Shown piece after piece: positions 36,260 through 44,728 of a DNA stretch of 48,779 nt. Source of the DNA: an uncultured Halobacteriales archaeon (GTDB lineage: Archaea > Halobacteriota > Halobacteria > Halobacteriales > CAZPIG01); the NCBI GenBank assembly GCA_964586205.1, contig CAZPIG010000002.1:10658-59436 (forward strand), given 5' to 3'. The position numbers were made by a program, and so were the translations under genes. How positions within the stretch are numbered: position 1 is the first letter of the stretch; each line of letters opens with the position of its first letter. The notes beneath the pieces were generated by a model. That model saw nothing but the letters and a program-made list of their open reading frames with translations, was not told the DNA's origin and searched no databases.

Positions 36260-36306
36260 GCGCGCATCTCCGATTAGCACTTACGCCGTCGAGGACTCAA
36301 GTCTAG
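35791..36306 (+). pseudogene. hmgA: Truncated HMG-CoA reductase N-terminal fragment (about 156 homologous aa plus an unrelated tail)
   Basis: The ORF is identical to the full hmgA from ...ETAATARRLFVERETD... through FAVADVTEA. It then diverges into low-GC island sequence (GAHLRLALTPSRTQV). Confidence 0.9.
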
Positions 36307-36412
36307 CGAGAATCCTCACGAGAAAAGACCTCGAACGGGGTCTTCGAGGCTCAACGTGGTTGGGTTTTAGCGAGGGCCAGTCAGGCATCCGGAAAACGAA
36401 ATAGGGGAGAGG

Positions 36413-36967
36413 CTAGATTTTCCCGACTTCGAGGGTGTTCATGACCGCGTCCCGGTGATCGGGGTTCGTCGAGTAGAGGGTCCCCTTGTACTCGATGAAC
36501 TGGTTGTCGACGAGGGCCTCGGGGTACCTGCGAGTCATCAAGCAACCAGTTCCCTTACCTAGGTTACTTTTGAATGCCCGTCTGGCTTGCTCGCCGAGGG
36601 CTGTGTACTCGACAGTGGATTGCGGTTCGGCCTTGGCTGCGGTGGCTCGTTGGATGTCCCCACCGTACTTCGAGACGAAGCGACCGTGGAGGCGCAGATC
36701 GTGCGTCGTATTGCCCTTCTTGACGTAGTCGTTTGTGAGGAGTTGACGGGGGGACGACCCCGGCCGGCCCAGATTCAGTGCTCCCTGGTTCAGCGCGGCC
36801 GCGAACGCTGCTCTGGCCTCCCTCGTCAAGTCACGATACGGGATGGTGTTGGCAACCGTGGGATGGCCGTCCTCGGCTACTGCTGGTGGGATGGTGGTGA
36901 GGGCGCCGAGCCCCGCGATTCCTTTGAGAGCCTTCCTCCGCGTCGGATTCGACGAATTTCGTTTCAT
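36413..36967 (-). CDS. Tat-signal secreted protein with an internal two-fold repeat (184 aa)
   Basis: MKRNSSNPTRRKALKGIAGLGALTT (RR motif). Repeats TIPYRDLTREARAAFAAALNQG...TNDYVKKGNTTHDL and TVEYTALGEQARRAFKSNLGKG...DNQFIEYKGTLYST. Low-GC island. Confidence 0.7.
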   Translation of the reverse strand: MKRNSSNPTRRKALKGIAGLGALTTIPPAVAEDGHPTVANTIPYRDLTREARAAFAAALNQGALNLGRPGSSPRQLLTNDYVKKGNTTHDLRLHGRFVSKYGGDIQRATAAKAEPQSTVEYTALGEQARRAFKSNLGKGTGCLMTRRYPEALVDNQFIEYKGTLYSTNPDHRDAVMNTLEVGKI

Positions 36968-36985
36968 TGTTTTCGATTTTCGACT

Positions 36986-37636
36986 TCAACTCGTGAACTC
37001 GTTTCCCATGCAATCGCTGTAGTATCGGTCCTTGTCTCCACAGTAGCAGGCCAGTGTGTCGGTCCCGCAGTCGTTGGTCTCGCCCTTGAGTCCCCCGTAG
37101 CTCACGACGATGGGTGTCCAGCACTCGATCCCATTCGGGGAAGTCGTGTCTGCCCCGTGATGGATGCTGGATGTGTGGCGCCCCCCGAAATTGTGCCCAA
37201 TCTCCATCAGCGCCCCGCAGAGGTAGAAATGGGTCGAATTTTGTCCCGTCGAGAATCGGGGGACACCGCTGATGCCATTCACATTGTCGAAGGCTTTCCC
37301 GCCTTCGATCATGGCCGCATCGCCGCCGATCTCGGCACAACCATCACCGTTGATGTCGTCGTTGCGACCGCGGCGAGTTATTAGAAGGTTGCTCTCCGAC
37401 TTCTTCAATATATTACTATTGTTGACACGTTGCTTCCAGTTGCTCCACGGGCTACCGTCACAGTCCCCATCTTGCCCCCCGACATCGTACGACTTATCGA
37501 CGACGGTAACATTCGAGGTAATTGATTGGTGTTGTAACGCATCCTTCAGCCCATCCTTCACCAGTTGGGCCGCGTGGAGGCCGTTGGCGCCGTATTCCTT
37601 GTCCGTTACGTACAAGCTCACGTTGATGTCTGCCAT
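36986..37636 (-). CDS. Signal-less Cys-rich metzincin/reprolysin-like protein with a Met in place of the first zinc His (MEIGHNFGGRH)
   Basis: 216 aa. CGALMEIGHNFGGRH matches HExxHxxGxxH at every position except the first. 9 Cys. No signal peptide. Low-GC island, 18 nt upstream of the Tat-signal gene. Confidence 0.7.
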   Translation of the reverse strand: MADINVSLYVTDKEYGANGLHAAQLVKDGLKDALQHQSITSNVTVVDKSYDVGGQDGDCDGSPWSNWKQRVNNSNILKKSESNLLITRRGRNDDINGDGCAEIGGDAAMIEGGKAFDNVNGISGVPRFSTGQNSTHFYLCGALMEIGHNFGGRHTSSIHHGADTTSPNGIECWTPIVVSYGGLKGETNDCGTDTLACYCGDKDRYYSDCMGNEFTS

Positions 37637-37941
37637 GTTTCAATTTCCTGTCGCCCGTCCAATCGGGCGTAAAGGAACAGTATCGGTATAATATTAAATC
37701 ATTTCACTAACGCATTAGATATTCAGTTTGAAATTCACTAATTTTAGTAATCGAAAAATGTTCGCCCTCGGACCACGTACCTGCAGTTGATGTATCCGGC
37801 AGACGGCCTCCAACCAGGGTGAGGTGCGTCTCTCAAGTTGGGGCTTCGAACGCTACGTCAAGATACTTCCGTCCGAATTTTGCTAAGAACGAATAGATCA
37901 CCCGCGAGTCTGGCTATCTGCGCGGTCACGCTGGAATAGTT

Positions 37942-38196
37942 CTACAGACGGTGCAGGAGGTATCCGGAGATCAGAACGAACCCGAGGCCAATGACGAGCG
38001 GTGCAACGACGAAGAGCGGATGCCAGAGGAAGATCGAACACCCAAAACAGTGCTGTTTCGTCCGCAACAGTGCAGCGGCTCGAAAGTGGACGTAGCTTCC
38101 CGCACCCGTAAGTGCTATCCCAGTCAAGAAGAGCACTCCTGCCAGTGTCTTCCTCCGTCCCCTGTCGATATCCAATAGCATTTTCGACATTGTCAC
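37942..38196 (-). CDS. Small membrane protein (84 aa, 2-3 TM)
   Basis: LAGVLFLTGIALTGAGSYV, CFGCSIFLWHPLFVVAPLVIGLGFVLISGYLL. Low-GC island. Confidence 0.45.
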   Translation of the reverse strand: MTMSKMLLDIDRGRRKTLAGVLFLTGIALTGAGSYVHFRAAALLRTKQHCFGCSIFLWHPLFVVAPLVIGLGFVLISGYLLHRL

Positions 38197-38269
38197 AGTG
38201 AATTAAAGAAAAGCGATGCTTAAGTACCTTGGGGGGCAAACGGCAGCGTTCAGATAAGGACGGAAGGAT

Positions 38270-38985
38270 GAGGCGGTTGTAGTTTCGTGTTCAGATGTCC
38301 GAAACCCACCGCCTCACCCAATCTCTCGACTGGATCGAGTTAGACTTTCTGGAGCGTGAGGCCACGCCGCCACCGTTGATGGAACTCGGCACCCAGCTGC
38401 ATCTTGCCGACCTCTCGCTTTCGAAGACCATTTCGATTCTGGAGATACACGGCATCGACCGGTGCCGTTCGACGGTCCACAACGGGTCCAGAAGGCCGAC
38501 GTCGAGCCGCAATCCGGGCACACTCCCGACAAGATCGCCATCGGCGAAACGGTCATCCATATCGACGACGAGCGCCACTGGCTGTTCGCCGCTATCGATC
38601 CCGCGACCAACCGATTCCTTCACGTCAGGCTCTTTCCTACCCGAACGCTGGTGTTGAGCGAGCACTTCATCAGCCAGCTCAAGGCGAAACACGCCGTCGA
38701 AGACGGGTTGTTTCTCGTTGGTGGCGCGCCGTGGCTCCAGAGCGCGCTGTTCCGCCACAGCCTCAAGTTTCGCCACGAGACCAACGGCGACCGAAACTCG
38801 GTCGAACGTGTCTTCAAAGAGGTCAAACGCCGCATCGACCGATTTGCAAACCATTTCAGACACGCCTCAGTGGAGTCCGCCGAGAACTGGCTGCGAGCGT
38901 TCGCGACCGCATGGAGTCACCTTATCAGAATAATGATAATAAACAGCTGTTTGATTGCAACGTCGAGGTAAGTCGGCGGCCATCG
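38270..38985 (+). mobile_element. IS6-family insertion sequence remnant (ends not resolved)
   Basis: Contains the frameshifted transposase below. Only weak terminal similarity (ggttgtagtt... versus ...gattgcaacg), so the boundaries are approximate. Confidence 0.5.
38295..38971 (+). pseudogene. IS6-family DDE transposase with a single-nt frameshift
   Basis: The N-terminal HTH part is in the frame of ORF 38295.. (MSETHRLTQSLDWIELDFLEREATPPPLMELGTQLHLADLSLSKTISILEIHGIDRCRSTVHN). The catalytic part is in the frame of ORF 38462.. (VQKADVEPQSGHTPDKIAIGETVIHIDDERHWLFAAIDPATNRFLHVRLF...NSVERVFKEVKRR). The frames join at 38483/38484, where a W codon (tgg) appears to have lost its t. Confidence 0.8.
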
Positions 38986-39198
38986 TCGACCGATTGTCGG
39001 TCCGGGACCGGACCTCACGTGGGGAGAACGTGGCGCCTTCGTGACCGAAAGAAGCGAGCGAACGGGGTCCCCGAAAGGTTCGCTTCACTCGTGTTCAAGT
39101 ACGCGGGCGGTCGAACCGACCCGCGGTTTCCGGGCACGATGCTCCAGTCCAACCGGCTTCAGATACGTCATATCGGCGTTACGAGAACGACGTCTCTG

Positions 39199-39784
39199 CC
39201 ACGAAGAGCAACCCTTAGGCGGCCAGGGCGCAACCCCCCGCCCATGACCGACAACGCCGCGGACGGGGACGGGGCCCCCGACGGCGACGCGACCCCGGAA
39301 ACCGACGCGACCCCGGACGCCGACGCGGCTCCGGACCACGACGCGGTCTCGGACGGCGGCGCGGACGCCGACGCCCTCGCGGACCGCGTCCAAGAGGGAG
39401 ACCTCCGCCCCTACGAGCTCGAGGACCACGCCGACGCCGAAACCGCGGCCACGGCCCGCCGGCTGTTCGTCGAGCGCGAGACCGACACCGACCTCGGGGC
39501 GGTCGGGGAGTACGCCTTCTCCGCCGAGCGGGCGAACACGAACGTCGAGAACCTCGTCGGCGGCGCACAGCTACCGATGGGCGTTGCCGGCCCAGTCGCC
39601 GTCGCCGGCGAGTCCGCCGACGGGGAGTTCCACCTCCCCATCGCGACCACGGAGGGGGCGCTGGTGGCCTCGGTCAACCGCGGCTGCTCGGCCATCACCG
39701 CCGCGGGCGGGGCCAACGCCCGCGTCACGAAGCGCGGGATGACCCGCGCGCCGCTGTTCGCGGTGGCGGACGTCACCGAGGCCG
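39199..39784 (+). repeat. hmgA promoter and 5' end, duplicate copy B (part of the intact gene)
   Basis: See copy A. The conserved upstream box ccacgaagagcaaccctta lies at 39199-39217 and at 35746-35764. Confidence 0.95.
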
Positions 39785-40569
39785 CCGCCGTCGCCGAGTG
39801 GGTCGAGGACAACTTCGGGGACCTGAAAGCCGCCGCCGAGTCCACCACCAGTCACGGGGAGCTGACGGCCGTGGACCCCTACGTCGTCGGCAACAACGTC
39901 TACCTCCGGTGCGTCTACGACACGAAGGACGCGATGGGGATGAACATGGCCACCATCGCCACGCCCGAGATAACCGCGCTCGTCGAGGAGCACACGCCCG
40001 CCTCGCTGGTGGCGACCTCGGGCAATCTCTGCACGGACAAGAAGCCCGCCGCCATCAACGCCGTCGAGGGACGGGGGCGGTCGGTCGTCGCCGACGTGAC
40101 CATCCCTCGCGAGGTCGTCGAGGACCGCTTCAACACCACGCCGGAGAACGTCGCGGAGGTCAACGAGCGCAAGAACCTCGTCGGGTCGGCGAAGGCCGGG
40201 AGCCTCGGCTTCAACGCCCAGGCCGCGAACGTCGTGGCGGGCGTGTTCCTCGCGACCGGACAGGACGAGGCCCACGTCGTGGAGGGCTCGAACGCCATCA
40301 CCACGGCGGAGGTGCAGGACGGAGACCTCTACGCCTCGGTGAGTCTCGCCAGCCTCCAGGTGGGCACGGTCGGCGGCGGGACGACGCTTGCGACCCAGTC
40401 CGCGGCGCTGGAGCTGCTCGGCGTGGCCGGCGGCGGCGACCCGCCGGGAACGAACGCGGACGCCTTCGCCGAAGTGGTCGCCGCGGGCGCGCTGGCCGGG
40501 GAGTTGTCGCTGCTGTCTGCGCTGGCGTCGCGGCACCTCGCGAGCGCGCACGAGCAGTTGGGGCGGTAG
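39244..40569 (+). CDS. hmgA: HMG-CoA reductase (class I, soluble archaeal type)
   Basis: Start MTDNAADGDG at 39244 inside ORF 38404..40569. ENLVGGAQLPMGVAGP, TTEGALVAS, DAMGMNM, GNLCTDKKPAAINAVEGRG, TVGGGT. Confidence 0.92.
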   Translation: MTDNAADGDGAPDGDATPETDATPDADAAPDHDAVSDGGADADALADRVQEGDLRPYELEDHADAETAATARRLFVERETDTDLGAVGEYAFSAERANTNVENLVGGAQLPMGVAGPVAVAGESADGEFHLPIATTEGALVASVNRGCSAITAAGGANARVTKRGMTRAPLFAVADVTEAAAVAEWVEDNFGDLKAAAESTTSHGELTAVDPYVVGNNVYLRCVYDTKDAMGMNMATIATPEITALVEEHTPASLVATSGNLCTDKKPAAINAVEGRGRSVVADVTIPREVVEDRFNTTPENVAEVNERKNLVGSAKAGSLGFNAQAANVVAGVFLATGQDEAHVVEGSNAITTAEVQDGDLYASVSLASLQVGTVGGGTTLATQSAALELLGVAGGGDPPGTNADAFAEVVAAGALAGELSLLSALASRHLASAHEQLGR

Positions 40570-40619
40570 GTGAGTGGTGTTCGGCTCGTGGTGTTGCCCG
40601 CTCTCTAACTGTCGCTGAG

Positions 40620-40664
40620 GCCTCGAAAGCCTCCGCTCGCTCGACCGTCCGGGGCTTTCGAGGC
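40620..40664. repeat. 12-bp perfect stem hairpin downstream of hmgA (gcctcgaaagcc / ggctttcgaggc)
   Basis: 40620-40631 pairs with 40653-40664, leaving a 21-nt loop. It lies 50 nt after the hmgA stop. A terminator role is unproven, since archaeal terminators are usually oligo-T. Confidence 0.5.
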
Positions 40665-40764
40665 GTCCCGAACCGTCGAAAGCGGATTGACACGGCTATC
40701 GAGGACCACCCCATTCCACTCGGGACCGAAGGAAAGTTCTGCCTCGACTCCCTAGGACCCCACA

Positions 40765-42015
40765 ATGAGCCACCAGGAGTCCGGCCCGCTCGACGTCGCG
40801 GCCATCCGCGAGGACTTCCCCATCCTCGACGTGGAGGTGGGCGACGGACAGCCGCTGGTCTACCTCGACAACGCCGCCACCACCCAGTCGCCCGAGCCGG
40901 TGGTCGAGGCCATCTCGGAGTACTACCGGACGCGGAACGCCAACGTCCACCGCGGGGTCCACCACCTCAGCCAGGAAGCCTCGCTCGCCTACGAGGAGGC
41001 CCACGACCGCCTCGCGGAGTTCGTCGGCGCGAGCGGCGGCCGCGAGGAGATGGTGTTCACGAAGAACACCACCGAGAGCATCAACCTCGTCGCCTACGCG
41101 TGGGGGTTGAACGAACTCGGACCGGGCGACGAGGTGGTGCTCACGGAGATGGAACACCACTCCTCGCTGGTCACGTGGCAGCAGATAGCCAAGCGGACCG
41201 GAGCCGAGGTGAAGTACGTCCGGGTCACCGACGACGGCTACCTCGACGTGGACCACGCCCGGGAGCTGATTTCCGACGACACCGAGATGGTCGCCGCGGT
41301 CCACGTCAGCAACACGCTGGGGACGGTGAACCCGGCCGCCGACCTCGCGGACCTCGCACACGACCACGACGCGCTGGTCTTCTTCGACGGCGCGCAGGCG
41401 GTCCCGAACCAGCCCGTGGACGTCGAGGCCATCGACGCCGACTTCTACGCCTTCTCGGGCCACAAGATGCTCGGCCCGACTGGTATCGGCTGCCTGTACG
41501 GCAAGCGACACCTCCTCGCGGAGATGGAGCCGTTCCTCTACGGCGGCGGGATGATAGAGCGCGTCACCTTCGAGGACTCGACGTGGGCGGAGCTACCGTG
41601 GAAGTTCGAGGCCGGCACGCCGGTCATCGCCGAGGGCATCGCGCTCGCGGAAGCCGCGGACTACCTGGCGGACGTGGGGCTGGAGCGCATCGAGCGCCAC
41701 GAGAAGGCGCTCGTGGAGTACGCGCTGGAGCGCTTCGACGAGCACGACGACATCCGCGTGTTCGGGCCGGCCGACCCCGCCGACCGCGGCGGCGTCGTCT
41801 CGTTCGCGCTGGACGGCGTCCACCCCCACGACCTCGCGTCCATCGCGAACGACCGCGCGGTCGCCATCCGCGCCGGCGACCACTGCACCCAGCCGCTGCA
41901 CGAGAAGCTGGGGGTCGCGGCGTCGGCCCGGGCGTCGTTCTACCTCTACAACACCCGCGAGGAGGTCGACACGCTGCTCGCGGCGGTCGACGACGCCAGA
42001 CAGCTGTTCGCCTGA
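40765..42015 (+). CDS. sufS: Cysteine desulfurase SufS (class V aminotransferase)
   Basis: NANVHRGVH, PLP-Lys motif FSGHKMLGPTGIG, active-site RAGDHCTQP. 416 aa. Confidence 0.92.
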   Translation: MSHQESGPLDVAAIREDFPILDVEVGDGQPLVYLDNAATTQSPEPVVEAISEYYRTRNANVHRGVHHLSQEASLAYEEAHDRLAEFVGASGGREEMVFTKNTTESINLVAYAWGLNELGPGDEVVLTEMEHHSSLVTWQQIAKRTGAEVKYVRVTDDGYLDVDHARELISDDTEMVAAVHVSNTLGTVNPAADLADLAHDHDALVFFDGAQAVPNQPVDVEAIDADFYAFSGHKMLGPTGIGCLYGKRHLLAEMEPFLYGGGMIERVTFEDSTWAELPWKFEAGTPVIAEGIALAEAADYLADVGLERIERHEKALVEYALERFDEHDDIRVFGPADPADRGGVVSFALDGVHPHDLASIANDRAVAIRAGDHCTQPLHEKLGVAASARASFYLYNTREEVDTLLAAVDDARQLFA

Positions 42016-42126
42016 CCGCTGGCCCGGTCTGTCGGCGTCGGCTCCAGCCGCGACTGGACCGTTTCCGGACGGCCGTGCCCACGTCGGCTCCCATTCGTGT
42101 CCACGTCGGCTCCGTTCGGCGGCTCC

Positions 42127-42774
42127 TCACCGGCCGCTCGGGGCCGCGTCGTCGCTCGCGAAGACGTACCCCGGGCTGTTCCGGTGGAGGTAGTAGAGGG
42201 GGTCGTCCTCGGCGAGTTCGGAGCCCTCTACCTCGACGCCGTCGAGGCCGACGAGCAGCAGCCGGCCCACCGGCCCGCCCGCGGGGACCGGCCAGTCGAG
42301 CCAGCGCGACGCGACGCTCGCCAGCAGTCGGTCGGCGGGCCCCGCCCTCGCGGGGTCGTAGTAGTACCCCGGCGCGTCCGGCACCGGTCGCCGGACCGTC
42401 CCCGGCGGGTGGGTCCGGACCGCGTACCGCCTGACGGCGTGGCCCGCGAGCAGCGCGGCGACGGCGGGGCCGAACTGGAGGCCGCCCGCGTACAGTGCCC
42501 CGAGGACGGCGGCGACCAACGCCACCGTCGCCGCCAGCCACCACGACCGGACCACGCTGCCTAACTGCCAGGTCCTCCCCGACCGCCACCTCCTCGACCG
42601 CCAAACCCCGAGTGCGCGAATCGGCCGCCATCCCCCGATTCTGTGGGTCGGCCACCACGACTCGCCGGCGCGAACCGACCACCGCGACAGTACCGCGTCG
42701 GTCGGTATCGCGCGCCGTGCGCCGGACCGGAACAGGTCGAGGATTCGGACGACCATCCGTGGGCGAGTGGTCAC
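42127..42774 (-). CDS. Hypothetical membrane-associated protein (W/R-rich N-terminus, one TM, acidic C-terminus)
   Basis: The C-terminal half has normal halophile composition (LLLVGLDGVEVEGSELAEDDPLYYLHRNSPGYVFASDD). TM segment WWLAATVALVAAVLGALYAGG. The start is uncertain. Confidence 0.4.
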   Translation of the reverse strand: MTTRPRMVVRILDLFRSGARRAIPTDAVLSRWSVRAGESWWPTHRIGGWRPIRALGVWRSRRWRSGRTWQLGSVVRSWWLAATVALVAAVLGALYAGGLQFGPAVAALLAGHAVRRYAVRTHPPGTVRRPVPDAPGYYYDPARAGPADRLLASVASRWLDWPVPAGGPVGRLLLVGLDGVEVEGSELAEDDPLYYLHRNSPGYVFASDDAAPSGR

Positions 42775-42888
42775 CGATAGGGTCGATTGTTATTCGCGGT
42801 ATACCGCGCGGCCTCGTCGCTCCTCGCGTCGTGTTCGCTGTCACTCCTCGCGCCGTGTTCGTCGTCACTTTCTGCCCCGTGACCACCC

Positions 42889-44457
42889 TCACTCCTCGCG
42901 GTCCGACAGCCGCGCTGCGACGGCGGTCCCGACGGCGGCCGCCAGCGCGCCGAACCCCGGGATGGCGCTGGCGTCCCCGTCCGGCGTCGCGTCGGTGGAG
43001 CCGCCGGACGTCCCGTCCCCCGTCGGCGACGTCGTCGGCTCCGCGGGGGTCGGCGACCGCGTGGGCGTCGGCTCGACGGGCGTCCCTACCGGCGTGGGCG
43101 TGGGAAACGGCGTCCGGGTCGGCGCGGGAGCGCCGTCGCCGGACGGCTCCGGGAACGCGACCAGCGCGCCGCCCGGCTCGGCCGTGTCCTCGAAGACGGT
43201 CGTGCTGGCGGCGACGAACCCCTCCGCGGCGGGCACGGCCGTCCAGAAGGTGTCCGCCGGGTCGCGCCACGACGCGAGCAGCCGCGGGGCGGCGGGGTCG
43301 GCGAGGTCGTACACCCGGACGCCGCCGCCGTACCACGCGGTGTAGAGGCGGTCGCCCCGCCACCCGAAGTTGTGGGCCGTCAGCGTGCCGAAGCGGTCCG
43401 GGCGCTCGGGCGCGGGCGGCGCGAGCGTCGAGAGCGGCTCCGGGGCGGCGCGGTCCCCCACGTCCCAGAGGGTGATGCCGCCGGGACCGCCGGGGCGCTC
43501 CGTCTCGGAGAGGTCGAAGGCCTCCCGGCCGACCGCGACGACGTCGCCGGCGGCGTTCGCCCGGACGTGGTGGGCGTTGCCGGGGAGCTCGAGGACCCCC
43601 GTGAAGGCCGCGCGGTCCGGCACGCGGGCCAGCGCGCCGGGGTCGCTGCCGCCGAGGCGCGCGACGGGCTCGGGGCTCGTGGGGTCGCCCACGTCCAGCA
43701 GCCACGCGCCGGCGTCCCAGAAGGCCGCGTAGGCGACGCCGTCCCGGACGGTCACGTCGTGACAGCCGTAGAGCCCGCCCTCGACCCGGCTCCACCGCGC
43801 GTCCACGGCCGTCGGGGACCACTCGGCCACCGGCGTCAGGTCCCCGCCGGACAGCTCGGCGACGGTCAACGGGCCCCCGGCGACCGGGTTCCCGGCGACG
43901 GAGGCGGTCCGGCCGTCGAGCGCCACGTTGTGCGTCGGACCGTCCCGAGCGTGGAAGCCCACGCGCTCGGGGCTCGCGGGGTCGCTCACGTCGAACACCG
44001 CGACGCCGCGCGGTACGACCGCGTCGGGCCGCCCGCGGGGCCCGGCTGCGAGCAGCCGGTCGCCCGAGACGGACACGTCGGCGACCTGGACCATCGGGCC
44101 GTCCTCGCGGTCGCCGAGCAGGCCGCGCACCTCGGCCAGCAGCGACGGCGCGGCGGGGTCGGTCACGTCCACGACCGCGATGCCGTCGCCGACGGCGACG
44201 TAGGCGGTCGTCCCGTCCGCGTCCGTGACCGCCTCGCGGACGCCCGGGACCGCCAGTCGCCCCGCGGGCCCGAACGCCGACTGCATGGCGAGTGCGGACT
44301 CGTCGTCACCGTCGCCTCCTCGCCCGCCGATGCTCGCGCCGTTCCCGAGGGAGCGGTCGCCGCGTCCCGTCCGACCGCCGCCGCGGCCGACGCGCTGCCC
44401 GACGCCGAGGCTGCCGGCACCGGCGAGGGCGGCGAGGACGGTCCGCCGGCGCATCAC
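42889..44457 (-). CDS. LVIVD-repeat beta-propeller surface protein with PGF-CTERM anchor
   Basis: Starts MMRRRTVLAALAGAG. Repeats IAVVDVTDPAAP, VAVFDVSDPASP, WLLDVGDPTSP, ITLWDVGDRAAP, VRVYDLADPAAP. P/T-rich linker followed by IPGFGALAAAVGTAVAARL. Confidence 0.88.
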   Translation of the reverse strand: MMRRRTVLAALAGAGSLGVGQRVGRGGGRTGRGDRSLGNGASIGGRGGDGDDESALAMQSAFGPAGRLAVPGVREAVTDADGTTAYVAVGDGIAVVDVTDPAAPSLLAEVRGLLGDREDGPMVQVADVSVSGDRLLAAGPRGRPDAVVPRGVAVFDVSDPASPERVGFHARDGPTHNVALDGRTASVAGNPVAGGPLTVAELSGGDLTPVAEWSPTAVDARWSRVEGGLYGCHDVTVRDGVAYAAFWDAGAWLLDVGDPTSPEPVARLGGSDPGALARVPDRAAFTGVLELPGNAHHVRANAAGDVVAVGREAFDLSETERPGGPGGITLWDVGDRAAPEPLSTLAPPAPERPDRFGTLTAHNFGWRGDRLYTAWYGGGVRVYDLADPAAPRLLASWRDPADTFWTAVPAAEGFVAASTTVFEDTAEPGGALVAFPEPSGDGAPAPTRTPFPTPTPVGTPVEPTPTRSPTPAEPTTSPTGDGTSGGSTDATPDGDASAIPGFGALAAAVGTAVAARLSDREE

Positions 44458-44546
44458 CGGCCACCCCGGCCGTCCGACCGCGAAGTGTCGGCGAAGTCCA
44501 TGGCCCCACGTCGTGCTCCGACGTCATAAATCGTCGAGGCGTTCGT

Positions 44547-44647
44547 GGCGACCGGGGAGACGGGGTCGACGATCGGGAGACGTGTCGGCGACCAGGAGAC
44601 GTGCCGGCGACCGGGGAGACGGGGTCGGCGGCCGGAGAGTCCGTGAC
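44547..44647. repeat. Five roughly 19-21-bp direct repeats with GGAGAC core (two 21-bp copies identical)
   Basis: ggcgaccggggagacggggtc occurs at 44547-44567 and again at 44606-44626. Degenerate copies start at 44568, 44587 and 44627. Core positions are 44556, 44576, 44595, 44615 and 44634. Confidence 0.85.
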
Positions 44648-44728
44648 TCGGCGGGGACGGTTTAGGCGCGCCGAAAAGTAGTCAGGTAGATGATAATCCC
44701 TAAGGCCGTCGGGTCCCCAGCACCGTCC

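Noticed and set aside
38462-38490. Programmed ribosomal frameshift in the IS transposase
   Set aside because: IS6-family transposases are single-ORF proteins. There is no slippery heptamer at the junction, and the break coincides with loss of one base of a conserved Trp codon, so decay is the simpler explanation.
39100-39170. Possible tRNA or tRNA fragment (att site) just upstream of hmgA copy B
   Set aside because: The gcgggcggtcgaaccgacccgc hairpin looked T-arm-like. However, neither strand gives a 5-bp stem plus a 7-nt TPsiC loop, nor an acceptor or anticodon arm.
39798-43822. Very long R/P/G-rich ORFs (39798..42434 plus strand, 41624..43822 minus strand)
   Set aside because: They run across or against hmgA, sufS and the LVIVD gene in the wrong frames. 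An extreme Arg/Pro/Gly content is not compatible with acidic halophile proteins.
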